From: Eledone cirrhosa
Lineage: Eukaryota
Reading direction: 5' to 3'
Length of the DNA: 64,000 nucleotides
Assembly: GCA_964016885.1 (NCBI GenBank)
Contig: OZ024741.1
Span: forward strand, 156,054,001-156,118,000
Part shown: in pieces, positions 30,901-41,199 of the stretch
How the letters are laid out: each line of letters opens with the position of its first letter
Position numbering within the stretch: position 1 is the first letter of the stretch
Notes under the pieces: model-generated
What the model saw: the letters and a program-made list of their open reading frames with translations, nothing else
Database searches by the model: none
What the model was told of the DNA's origin: nothing
Made by a program: the position numbers and the translations under genes

Positions 30901-31412
30901 CGCCTGAGCAGGTTGGTGAGGCTCTTGCACCCTCCACCCCTATCCGCTAATCCCACACAGTCCCAGCGTGCATCTAAGATCCCGTTCCAGTCGCCCACTA
31001 ACACTAAAGAGCGCGACGTTCCAAGAAAGGTCTCCAGACGCCGGAAGAAATCAGGCCGCCCTGCTCCTGTCGGGGCATAGACGGCCACTAGCCTGAAAGC
31101 TTGCCCGTCTCCGCTGGTCACGTCCAGCACCACCAGCTTACCCTCTGGGTCCAGGAAGATGGCCCGTATGGCGAGATCCAAACCTCTCCGAAAAAGTACA
31201 GCAACTCCTCCACCGGATCCAGGACGGCTGGGAGATGCGTACACATCGTAGCCGCCGAAGATCGGTGCGAAGGCCCGTGCTTCGGAGATTCTGGTCTCGC
31301 TGATGGCCACTACATCTATGTTTAGTGACCTGAGGTCGTTGAGCAGGTGACCCTGCTTCCATGACGACCCCAAGCCACGCGCATTTATGCTGCCTATTCT
31401 GAGTGAGGTCAT
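27993..31412 (-). CDS. Tx1 ORF2 (APE-RT-CCHC), intact
   Basis: 1139 aa, all motifs as in copy 2. Confidence 0.95.
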   Translation of the reverse strand: MTSLRIGSINARGLGSSWKQGHLLNDLRSLNIDVVAISETRISEARAFAPIFGGYDVYASPSRPGSGGGVAVLFRRGLDLAIRAIFLDPEGKLVVLDVTSGDGQAFRLVAVYAPTGAGRPDFFRRLETFLGTSRSLVLVGDWNGILDARWDCVGLADRGGGCKSLTNLLRRFELSDRYRLDFPNVPMWTSTNRIGSSRSYLDRVFCREIDRSSIGCPQFKIVSYTDHKFVICVLDLDRLHRRGPGYWKLNASLPARKAYRDRISELVKRALTGAIVNNKWWFALKRAIRIESIRFSKALAIEKNRAEGELVTKLDEALSKGIATDVLAAKLALDQFFNAKHEGCVVRARVRALRHEGTKAVQWARVAEARRGIKATIRSLVDHDGRMLLDPGQMCEAFQRHFAQQFGGSGGPGRGMDFSVYLDGLPRLSATEAKCCEKQITAAEVREAMTGCTRGKSPGLDGLPYELYVQMPNLFGGLLADVYCNWQQNGRIPSSVSRGAVALLRKDPNKGDNIDNFRPITLLNTEFKILAKVLAKRLALVVGGLVGEAQTCAIPDRSIHDNLHLMRYIVERVAREPGTGGSLINLDQSKAFDRVDHRYLAAVLRAAGFGPVFRGWIAAMHSDICSVVRVNGHLSEPFNIMRSVRQGCPLSSLLYVLTLEPLLHKLETLRGVPRELGCGRSVSAYADDVTVVVSSAKHIEAIGTTLREYEAVTGAMINHEKSVGLQLGTWRGRSMPSNSVVGRWTDGPVKLLGVWFGPDLQTDKNWDEVTSRVASLTQKWAERKLSLKGRAEVANAYIASVICYRLTVVPCPKPRLTVLERLLFRFLWKGRAPMVRRSICCQHPLRGGLGMPWLMMRRHALRLRHLHLFLDGDQVWSPFARRVFPQLVSLTELQSWVKRRPRGSAWRLECLQALTALDQSGNVIGGNSTSAFYRGLVEGKSDDVLGETLGVDENQLANLFGRTFGPGPMDNFQKSLAWQCYRGALPVRDKLYRHGGAVSRACPRCAQGDETVLHALVQCPKIADLWVYVEHLLSRSGRIQLSSESIVRIAPPSSFSREGQAVFICLVAMAKEIVWWTRLKGLKTSTYLFGDALIDFFKFHLKRKIRVEKEVLSSQHFVERWVREARMARVNGPTLSIYL

Positions 31413-31447
31413 GTTTAAAATAGAGTGGAAAAGATGGGAAAGACCAC

Positions 31448-33541
31448 TTACCGTACTTTTGGTAGAGGAGGGATGGTTTTTACATCCCTTTTCACTTGAT
31501 CGTCTGGTGAAGGGACCGTTGAATCGTCCCTTCGGCTGGTCGTCGGCTCTTCTAAGAGAATGTCTGAGTATACTCTTCGATTGATGGTTCCTCCTAGGTC
31601 CCTGAAATCACCAACTGCGTTGGGGAATTTCGTTTTAATATTTGTGTATTGTTTCTGTGCTATTTTTAGCAGTCTTATGTTAGTTGGCGTTTTGATTGGT
31701 GCTGGTATTATGTAGTCCTGTTGTGAAATGTCTGTGTGTTCAATTATGTAAGTCATTAGTTTCTTGTTGTGTGTATTTATTGCCGTGCATTTGTTTTTCT
31801 GGGGGTGGGGTGTGGTTCTGCTATTTTCTTGTCGTTGTTGCTGGGTGTGTGTGTTTTGTTGTTGTGTTTGCGATGTTGGTGCTTGTGGTGGTGGTGTTGA
31901 AGGTGTTGTTGCCGGTGGGGTTGTCGCCGGTGGTGATGGTGGCGCTAGTGTGGGTGGTGATGGTGTTGGTGTTGTTGCTGCTGTGGGTCTCTTTGCAGTA
32001 GACTTTACCCTTTTCTCATTTCTTTCCTCACTTTTCAAAGGCGACGATGCGCTGCTTCTGCGTTTGTGCCTTCTTACGACCTTTTGCCATCTCTCTCCCA
32101 CCTCACACTCCATGTCTGATTCTGTGAGGTCGGGGAGGGGTACCAACTCCACTCTTTCACTTGTTGTTGTTGGTGATGTTTGCACTGGAGTCTCTGTTGC
32201 AGTTGCATTTGGTATTGCTGTTGTTGTTGTTAGTATTTCCACTGCTGCTGCTGTTTTTGATTTCCGTGGAGTGGGTATGGGTGCCACGGGCCTATCGTTC
32301 CTGGTTGCCGCTTGTCCTGTTGCTGGTAGCCGTGGAGCCGGATTCGGAAGGAGGGGGGTTTTCTCCTTTCTCAGGGTCTTCTCGTTGCAGAAGGCCCTGA
32401 GGTGAGTCTTCGATCCACAGCGAAAGCATTTCGGGCGTTTGCCCTCAACACTTATGGGAAGTTGAGTGCCGTTATCGAAGTCTATCACATCCGGGATAGC
32501 TTCGATGCACTCCTGGTTGGTTTGGATTAGCATCTCAATGGAGGAGCCGACCCAATCTTCTCTTACTTTTTTCTGTACTTGCAGTACAGTTGTTTTGTCC
32601 TCGATTCCGACGAGGACAGACGCGGCCAGCCAAGAAGGGGTCATTCCGGGGGGGACGTGGGTCAGTTTGACCCTCACAATTTTTTGCCCACAGTAGGAGG
32701 GCACCAACACCATTTCCTCGCTCCTTAGGGTCACTACTGATTGGGCCTTTGCCTCCTGGGGTGTGGCAAAAAGTACGTCTACGGTGGCATATTTTTTGCC
32801 TCGGGTGATGTGCGTTTTCCGCTGCCACACAGACCCCAAGGCTTTTTGTATTTGGGCCTCTGTGGCTCTTTCAACCCTACGGGATTTTGTACTTACTGTA
32901 CGGTACGTGACCGTACAGTGCTCTTGGGTTTCGAAAAAATTTTTCGCTGCCTTGCAGATTGCTCGGTGTCCGTTCTTTGTCACCATCTTCTTCGCTTCCT
33001 CTAATTCCTCATTTGTTATGAGGATTGTTTCCAAGTTTTTCGCAATACCTGCAAATGAGATTGGTTTTTCTCTGCTGTTGTTGTTGTCGTCAGAGCTGCT
33101 GGTACTTTTGTTGCTGCAGGTACTACGATTACTGCCTCCGCCGCTGTTGCTGTGGTTGTTGTTGGTGTTGCTGCTGCTAATGCTGTTGTTGTTTATGCTG
33201 CTGGTGATGCTGTTGCGGCTGCTACTGTTGTTTTCATTGTCACTGTTGCTGTTGTTATTACGGCTGCTACTGCTATTATTCCTGACGTCAGACGAATGAA
33301 CTGGGTTTTCGTATTTCCCGCACACCTGTTTCGTCGCTGTCGTCGTCGTCGTGGAGAAACCTTGCACGCTTTGCACGAGACTTTTCTTTTCTTTCGTCGC
33401 TTGCGAAAGAGAAGGGAGGGAGAGAGACACATTTAAAGAAGGGAGGGAGAGAGACAATCTTCTCTCTGCTGTAGTGATGATTGAGGAAGAAGAAGACGGA
33501 ATGAGTGGGAGTGACGTATGAAATTTCTTTTTCGTAGCCAT
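31448..33541 (-). CDS. Tx1 ORF1 (start placed at MATKK by homology with the other copies)
   Basis: The ORF track starts at 33574 only because of a small upstream indel. CCHC knuckle present. Confidence 0.9.
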   Translation of the reverse strand: MATKKKFHTSLPLIPSSSSSIITTAERRLSLSLPSLNVSLSLPSLSQATKEKKSLVQSVQGFSTTTTTATKQVCGKYENPVHSSDVRNNSSSSRNNNSNSDNENNSSSRNSITSSINNNSISSSNTNNNHSNSGGGSNRSTCSNKSTSSSDDNNNSREKPISFAGIAKNLETILITNEELEEAKKMVTKNGHRAICKAAKNFFETQEHCTVTYRTVSTKSRRVERATEAQIQKALGSVWQRKTHITRGKKYATVDVLFATPQEAKAQSVVTLRSEEMVLVPSYCGQKIVRVKLTHVPPGMTPSWLAASVLVGIEDKTTVLQVQKKVREDWVGSSIEMLIQTNQECIEAIPDVIDFDNGTQLPISVEGKRPKCFRCGSKTHLRAFCNEKTLRKEKTPLLPNPAPRLPATGQAATRNDRPVAPIPTPRKSKTAAAVEILTTTTAIPNATATETPVQTSPTTTSERVELVPLPDLTESDMECEVGERWQKVVRRHKRRSSASSPLKSEERNEKRVKSTAKRPTAATTPTPSPPTLAPPSPPATTPPATTPSTPPPQAPTSQTQQQNTHTQQQRQENSRTTPHPQKNKCTAINTHNKKLMTYIIEHTDISQQDYIIPAPIKTPTNIRLLKIAQKQYTNIKTKFPNAVGDFRDLGGTINRRVYSDILLEEPTTSRRDDSTVPSPDDQVKRDVKTIPPLPKVR

Positions 33542-33780
33542 GTTTTTTTGTTTAAAATGAAATTTTGGGTACAAAACCCCAATAACTGGTTATTTAACCC
33601 CGAAGGGCCAAATAACGGACAGAAAGACCCCTCTCACGAGGAGGAGGGTGTCTTTATCAACAATTTGGTTCAAGTTTTAAACAATTTACAATTGTTTTAA
33701 CGGTTAAAAATTACTATACCTTACAGAGCCGAGCCTCCGTCAACCATGGCATTCAATAATAATAATAATAATAATAATAA

Positions 33781-35403
33781 AAATGGAGTTTGGACTAGAT
33801 AAATGCGCCAAAGCAACGTTCACCAGAGGAAAGCTGCTGAAGAGTTCAGACATTAATCTTGATCGGGGGAACGTGATAAGAGAACTTGATCAAGAAAAAA
33901 CTTACAAATATATAGGTGTTTGTGAAGGAGACGGAATCAAGCACTCGACAATGAGGGAAAGGATAAGGAAGGAATGTTACCGCAGAGTGAGAGCAATCTT
34001 AAAAACGGAATTGAATGCAAGGAATAGGATCGATGCCATAAACACGCTTGCCATACCAGTAGTAACCTACAGTTACAATGTCATCAACTGGTCAAGCACA
34101 AAGATCCGTAGGCTCGATACAAAAATTCGAAAATTCTTAACCATGCACAGAATGCATCACCCTAAAGCAGATATAGATAGAATATATCTCCCTAGGAAAG
34201 AAGGAGGACGTGGGTTAATCCAGTTAGACATTGCGTTGAAAACTGCAACAATTGGATTATCTACATATCTAAGGGAATCACATGATTGGATGATCAAACT
34301 CGTTTTGAAACACGAAAGCATCAAAAGATCATATTCCATTATAAAAGATGCACAAAGATACAGTAATGGACTACAAATTTCAGAAGTCCCATTTACTGCT
34401 GAAATGGAAAACACAGAAAAAGCAAAGCAGGTAAAAGTAACTGCAAAGAAAGAACTGCTACAGAAACTGGCTAAGAAATGGCAAGAAAAGCCTCTGTATG
34501 GAAAATACCCAGAGCGAGCTAACAATCCTGATGTTGACAAAACTTTAACCCATCAGTAGTTGGCATCCTCTGGACTGAAATCGGAGACTGAAGGACTGAT
34601 TATATCGGCACAAGATCAGTGTCTGCCAACAAAAAATTACCAAGGCAACATAATAAAAAATGGGTGCAGCCCATTATGCCGTGTATGCAAAAAACAACCA
34701 GAGACCATTGACCATATAATTTCAATGTGCAGTCCTATAGCTCCAACCGAATACCTAAACAGGCATGATAGAGCTGCACAATACATACATTGGATAATGT
34801 GTAAGCATTTTGACCTGCCCCATCAAAAGAATTGGTGGGAGCATCAACCACCTCCCATACTTGAAAAAGATCACATCTCAATCTTGTGGAACTTTAGCAT
34901 CCAAACAAACCGAAAAATAGATGCAAACAGACCTGATATAATATTGAAAGACTTTCAAAAGAGGGTATGCCTGCTAATTGATATGTCTGTTTCAATAGAC
35001 AAGAATGTATCTATAAAAACATTTGAAAAATTGAGCAAGTATAAGGACCTGGAGATAGAAATTGGAAAAATGTGGAAATTGAGAACTAAAACAATACCAG
35101 TGATTGTAGGCGCTCTGGGAATGATACCTAAGGGGTCTAATGATTACATATCGCAAATCCCAGGAAACCCGCGTATAGGAGAAATACAAAAGATAGTACT
35201 AATGGGAACTGCCCATATACTAAGGAAGATTCTGTCAATATAAGTACATCACAAGTCTAAACACTAAAGATGCATGTGTGAATATGTATGTTCTTTCTTG
35301 AACATGGCGGACCTTGTTGTCTCTTGAGGTCACTGGTTGTGACTTGGTGATAACTCGTATGAACATAAAGCAAGATAAATGCAACTGTAATAATAATAAT
35401 AAT
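33781..35403 (+). mobile_element. 5'-truncated Dong/R4-clade RLE LINE with (TAA)n tail
   Basis: RT C-terminus (FGLDKC, YKYIG, PRKEGGRGL), CCHC finger CRVCKKQPETIDHIISMC and RLE motif RPDII...D..V...K..KYKDL. One nonsense codon at 34557-34559. Flanked by (TAA)n on both sides. Confidence 0.88.
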
Positions 35404-37372
35404 GTCTGTTTACAATTGTTTCGCTACTCCATATAATATTTCTGGATCAGATGACTATATATCATTATTGATCTGGTTCAGTTGAAAATAATTAAAATAT
35501 TTAAAAACAGAGCGGCTTATCGGCATTTCAAAGGAATATAAATTAAATTAAGGAGAGAATGTTACATAATGTAATGGTCGATATATTGGTATTTCACTAT
35601 GGTGTCCTGGTTGTATCAATTGTCAGCCATAATGAAGCAGTATTCATCTGTCGAGGCTGCATTGTTTGAGATCTGCCTTTGGGTAACAAGATGGCCGCCA
35701 AGGGACATATTTACCTTACTAATTATGGGTGGTTTCAGGGGAAATAACTCCTCGAGAGATGAGAAATTGTGGGAAGTTTATAGTTAAGTGCTAATTTTTA
35801 AATTTTTTAATTGAGAGACAATGTAGGGGAGGTAACTTATAATTATCTAAGTTAGTTATAGCTATTTAACTTATTAGATACAAGTAAAAATGGGGCTAGA
35901 TGACAATGTTGGGTCAAATATTCTATTGGCGAAGGAATTAGCCCTTAGATGTTGACAGCTAATAGTTACCTCCGTTCTATCGTTAATCAGTAGAGGTCGT
36001 GATAGAGTTATGTAATATGCTTCGGTAATACAGAGATCACAAGATTTTCTTGGTCCATTGAACGGTTGGGCCCTAGTGAGTGTTCAATGTTGCTTAATTT
36101 AAGGTTTTTAATGAGCCTAGCTAGAGATGTCGAACATCTGTTGCTAGGGTCTCGGAAAGAAAAAGAGTGCGCGTTATAGCGTACCTTAAAAGGGTTAGAG
36201 GTATACCCGATATAAGAGCTGGTATTCGAAGCGGTTTTAACCGTGCACCTATAGACTATGTTGGGTGTCAGGCAGTGTCCATTTAATGGGCATGCATTAG
36301 GGTAACGGCAGTTGCAGTTGCTTCTGCTGTTAGTGAGAGTAGGGAAGTTTAACCTAAGCGGTTGGTCAGTGCTAGAAGGATTAGATGGGGAGGTGTGCTA
36401 CTAGAGCAATTATTGGTGTAGTGGCGTGGTGTATTTGATAGGCGTGGTGGTACCGCGGTGTGAAAGTTAGACTGTCTTAGTTTATGATGGTTACTGAATG
36501 CGATGTGGCTAGCTAGGTTAGGTGCTGTGGAGAATGAGATTTTAATGTTATTTTTATTAAAGAGTTTTTAATATCTATGTTTTGGGGGGAAATGTTTAGA
36601 TAGGATAGAGAAGTGGCTAGATTAGATGAGAATGGGGGTTTAAGCCAGGTGATATTTCTAGGTCTATTCCTTCTAGGGGTTCTAGTGGAGTTGGTAGGGG
36701 CCTTCCTAGGGTTATTATTACCTGGGAATTTGTTATTTGTCATCCCATTTCTCATTCCTATTCTAGGGTTGATTTTTAGTTTGCTACTTGGAGTCGGGAG
36801 CAGGCCGCTGCCACCATTAACCTTCCCTGTATAGGCGCTGTTACTGCTAAAATTCCGGCGAATCTGGCTATATGCTAAGGTATTTCTAGTTCTTGTGTTA
36901 AGTTTATTATGGTGAATTGTTGTGTTATGGCATTTACAACATACCAAAATGCCATAACACAACAATTCACCATAATAAACTTAACACAAGAACTAGAAAT
37001 ACCTTAGCATATAGCCAGATTCGCCGGAATTTTAGCAGTAACAGCACCTATACAGGGAAGGTTAATGGTGGCAGCGGCCTGCTCCCCACTCCAAGTAGCA
37101 AACTAAAAATCAACCCTAGAATAGGAATGAGAAATGGGATGACAAATAACAAATTCCCAGGTAATAATAACCCTAGGAAGGCCCCTACCAACTCCACTAG
37201 AACCCCTAGAAGGAATAGACCTAGAAATATCACCTGGCTTAACCCCCCATACTCATATAATCTAGCCACTATTATCCCTAAACGCTTCTTCTCTATCCTA
37301 TCTAAACATTCCCCCCCCCCCAACCATAGATATTACAAACTCTTTAATAAAAATAACATTAAAATCTCATTA
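35404..37372 (-). mobile_element. Penelope-like element (RT C-terminus + GIY-YIG + 3' region) with ~400 bp inverted duplication at its 5' end
   Basis: Minus strand reads RNRPRNITWLKPPFS and CNCRYPNACPLNGHCLTPNIVY...SYIGYTSNPFKVRYNAH. 36534-36936 is inverted at 36947-37370. The region is homologous to 58263-59120. Confidence 0.85.
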
Positions 37373-38709
37373 CTAGGAGGAAAATAAGAAAACAAAAGAG
37401 AAAGAGAAAGAGAAAGAGAAAGAGAAAGCCCTAAGTGATAGGTTGTTGTATTAGCGTAACTTTTAAGATGAAGTGAAAAAATAAATATTTATTGGATGAG
37501 TTAGGAAGAGTAAATAAGCGTGAATAGAAAATAAATAAATAATAATAACTGGAGAATTTTAACCAGTGTTTAACTATGATTAAATGTTTAGTTTATCAAT
37601 TAAATTATCAATTAAATTATTGAGATCTATACATTAAAATTGAGATCTATATATCATTAAAATCTATATATTATTAAAGAATATATTCATATATATACAT
37701 ACGCACACATATATATATGTATATACATATATATATACATACACATACATATATATACATACAATAACAGATTTTTTATGTTTAAGATATAGGAATTTTT
37801 CTAAACTTATAGATTTTTCGGAGAAATCTGAGAAAAAAATCGGAGAAAAATCATTTCTATGTAATAGCAAAACAGCGTGAAGGAAATTAAGTTATTTACT
37901 TATATTAAATGTTATAAATGTTAAGATAATAAAGGAAATTTAAGATTATACAAACCTTATATTATTTAATAGTAAGTTATAATTTTAAATATTTTATAAA
38001 TTTTATATCTAATAAATCCACCTGTTATGTTGTTGTGACTGTTATTATATAAGTTTGTTTAGCATAAATCGTAAGAAATCCTTTATAACAGAGTGCATTC
38101 GAATTGTATGTATATATACATATACACAACCCCTACATAGATACACAAACATATATATACACATACCGGTAGACATGCATCATACTTATATATATATATA
38201 GAGAGAGCGAGAGATAAATATAAAGTACATAGTATAATTAAAGTACATAATATATAAAATAAAATAAAAATGAATTATAGTTTTAAAAGGAATTTACGAT
38301 TTTTAAATATACTCATACAATTTTAAGCAATATAACTTTAAAGCAATATCATTTTCAAAAATATAAAAAAATATTTTAAGATATAATTTTAAAATAGGAA
38401 TATGTCTAAAAAATTCAGTATAAAAATGAATTTAAAAATTTTTATATATAATATTTAACTCTCAGTATGTTTAACTTAATTTTTATAACCATATGAGAAA
38501 TTTTGAAAGAAAAAGAAAGAGAAACTTTCAAGAGAGAAACTTTCAAAAATAGGAGAAACTTTCAAAGAAAATATTTTCCCCTTTTAAGAGCCTTCAGTAT
38601 GTTTATCTAGAAAAATTGTTTTTTTTATAATGAGAGTTTTAAGCAGTCAAATGAAGAAATCTAATGATTTATCGATAGGTACAATATATTTAATAGAATG
38701 AGTTAACTA

Positions 38710-41170
38710 TTACATTTTAAATTTATATTTAAACGTTGAATTCAATCTATGTTTGCAGCAACTGAAAAGAGTGCTTCTTACGTTCAGGGAATTTTTGCTT
38801 TTTAATATAAACAATATTTCCTCTATACAAAGATCGCAATTTTCGGAAGAGGAGTTAAATGGAGTAGCTTTTGAAATAATATTCCAAAGTAACGTATATT
38901 TAACGTTCTTTAATTTAAGGTCCCATAATAAGCTAGATAGAGAAGTTGAAGATGTTTTGTTTAAATGCGTAAAAGAGCATTTATGGTTATTAAAACGAGA
39001 TTTAAAATCTGTTGAAGTAGATCCTACACAATTAAATGAATTTAAATTAGTTTTTACGTTACAATTATATACTATATTTTTAGCTAAGCAATTGTTATTT
39101 AACGGACAGTTAGATTTATTTCTACAGTTACATTTATCAAAATTTAAGTCACTAGGAGCTGTATTATTAAATTGAGCTGTATTACTAAATTGGATATTGC
39201 TGGGGTTATTATTGGTTAGGTTTTAAATTATTAATTCTATTAATATTCTGCGCTAAATTGTTTGTGGATGAATAAGTTAATTTTATAGTATGTCTATTAA
39301 AAAATTGAGTAATATCTATGTGTTCTAGGGAAGAGCTTTAAAAAATAGTTTAGCAATAGGAGTTTTAATATTTAATGAGAAAGGAGGAGCGAACCATAAT
39401 ATATTCCTAGTTCTATTTCTTTTTTTGTTTTCCGAATTATTGTAAGGTTTTCTATTATAGTTGTTAAAATTGTTAAGATTATGGTTAGTTGTTATATTAT
39501 TATTTTCAATGTGTTTAATTTTATTTCTATATCCAGCTCTACCTAACGCTTCGTTGTAATAATGTGCTTTATCATCAAATATATTCCTATTAGCTGAAAT
39601 TCTAGAAATGCGTTGCTGTACAGAATTCACTATAGTATTTTTAACGGATCTGGGGTGATTAGAGTTAAAATTAACGTAGTTTAAGTTCTCGTTTAGTTAG
39701 TGAAATGGATAATGAAGACATGTGTTAAGGTTTAAGGTTACATCTAGAAAATTAACTATTTTATGGTTATTCTCTATTTCTACTTTTAGATTAAGGTAAT
39801 TAAAATATCGTATAATTTCTTTTCTTTTCCTATTTAATTCACAGTTATTATTTTCGATAAGTAATAGCATGTCGTCACGATATAAACCTCCGGTCATCTC
39901 AGGTATTTTTCTATGTAGAGAATTATTTATAAAAAGGCCCACAAGATCCGTTACCTGAGCGGAATCGGATGATCCCATAGTGATATCGAAATTATTATTT
40001 CTATCTGCTCTAGTCCAGAGTTGGTTGTTAAATTCAATTAATGTTTTCCGTGCCGTTAAGATAATGTGCATTTCATTACTAGTTAAGTCTGTATGTTTAA
40101 ATGCATATGTTAGTGCTTTATTAAGTAGATTATGAGTGATGGATGAGTAATAATTAGCAATATCCAATTGAATAAACTTATTATTATAGTTATATTTAAT
40201 TTCCTTAAACCATTCGATAACTTCACTAGTTCCTTTCCATAATTTTAAATAAGATAATTCCTTAATTTGTGGTATTATTCTGTCTAAAATATTCTTGCTA
40301 AGTATGCCAAGGTCCGATTTAGATGGTGCAATTAATCTGACTGGTAATTCAGTTTCAAAGTTCCTCATATTAATTTTAGGTTACCTTGGCATGAAGGGTT
40401 GTGTCCTATTTTCAATGCCTAATTCATGCATTATATAAGAGGCATCTGTATTCATTTTTTCAAGGTCGTCATTAGTTGTTATTTTGTATTTCTTCCTTAA
40501 TTCCTTTAATATAAGATCGTTATAGATGGCCTTTTGTATTCCGTAAAGATTATTGGTTTTGTCTGACTTGACTAGATTTTTTTCCCGTTTTCTCAAAGTT
40601 TTCAATATTATTTTTGATATTTCTTAGGTAATCCTGGCCTATGAAGTTGTTTTTGAATTTGATGCTTTGGATGATAGATATGATTTCATTTTCAAAATCC
40701 ATTAGTAGTTTGTTGGGGGGGGGGGGGGGGGTAGATTTGAAGATTTTATCAAGATTGGAAACATTCTCTTTTACATCAGATTTATCGAAGTGGAAAGCAC
40801 GCCACCCGATTCTTCCTATAACAGAGTCTGATTTTTCTATTAATTGTTTAATAAAGTCTTTATTCCTAGGTATAGGTATGTCCTTTATATATATATAAAC
40901 TAGAGGGATTAAAATAAGTCAGTTTTACTCATATAGTTCCCCAACCATCGTTTCTGGAATTCAAGAAACAATATTAATTATTACAAAACATTGGAACAAC
41001 CAATATTGGAAGAATTACAATTCCGTCTTCAGGAAAAAGATACTTTGGAATAAGGGGAGATGTTGAACATATTGCATACATACCATGTTGTTGACGAACC
41101 GCATGGTGTCTGACGCGTTGCCTCGTTGAATTACTACGTGAAAATATCCCACTCAATGTAATAGGACAAT
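38710..41170 (-). mobile_element. Decayed near full-length Penelope-like element (RT + GIY-YIG) with upstream hammerhead
   Basis: Broken ORFs carry PVRLIAPSKSDLG, LDIANYY, TMGS, GLYRDD, NFLDVTL and NILWFAPPFS. ~38720-39130 translates to VGSTSTDFKSRFNNH...WNIISKA...CDLCIEE...CKHR. Confidence 0.85.
40937..41038 (-). ncRNA. Hammerhead ribozyme with long stem II, upstream of the Penelope ORF
   Basis: Reverse complement reads tttttc-CTGAAGA-cggaatt...caatattggttgtt..aataattaatattg...aattcca-GAAAC-gatg-GTT-ggggaa. Stem I is mostly G-U pairs. Confidence 0.6.
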
Positions 41171-41199
41171 ACAACGGTTTTATTTATTAATATAGCTTA

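Larger units (their letters stand above)
27687..33754 (-). mobile_element. Tx1/L1-clade LINE, array copy 4 (both ORFs intact; only copy with the extra 47-nt 5' leader)
   Basis: (AAT)14 tail at 27687-27728. The leader at 33708-33754 is followed by (AAT)n at 33755-33780. Confidence 0.95.

Noticed and set aside
33700-33754. 47-nt leader as an snRNA or spliced-leader target with an Sm-like site (aatttttaa)
   Set aside because: I recognise no match to U snRNA, tRNA or 5S, the Sm site is non-canonical, and no remainder of such a gene appears at the other end of the array.
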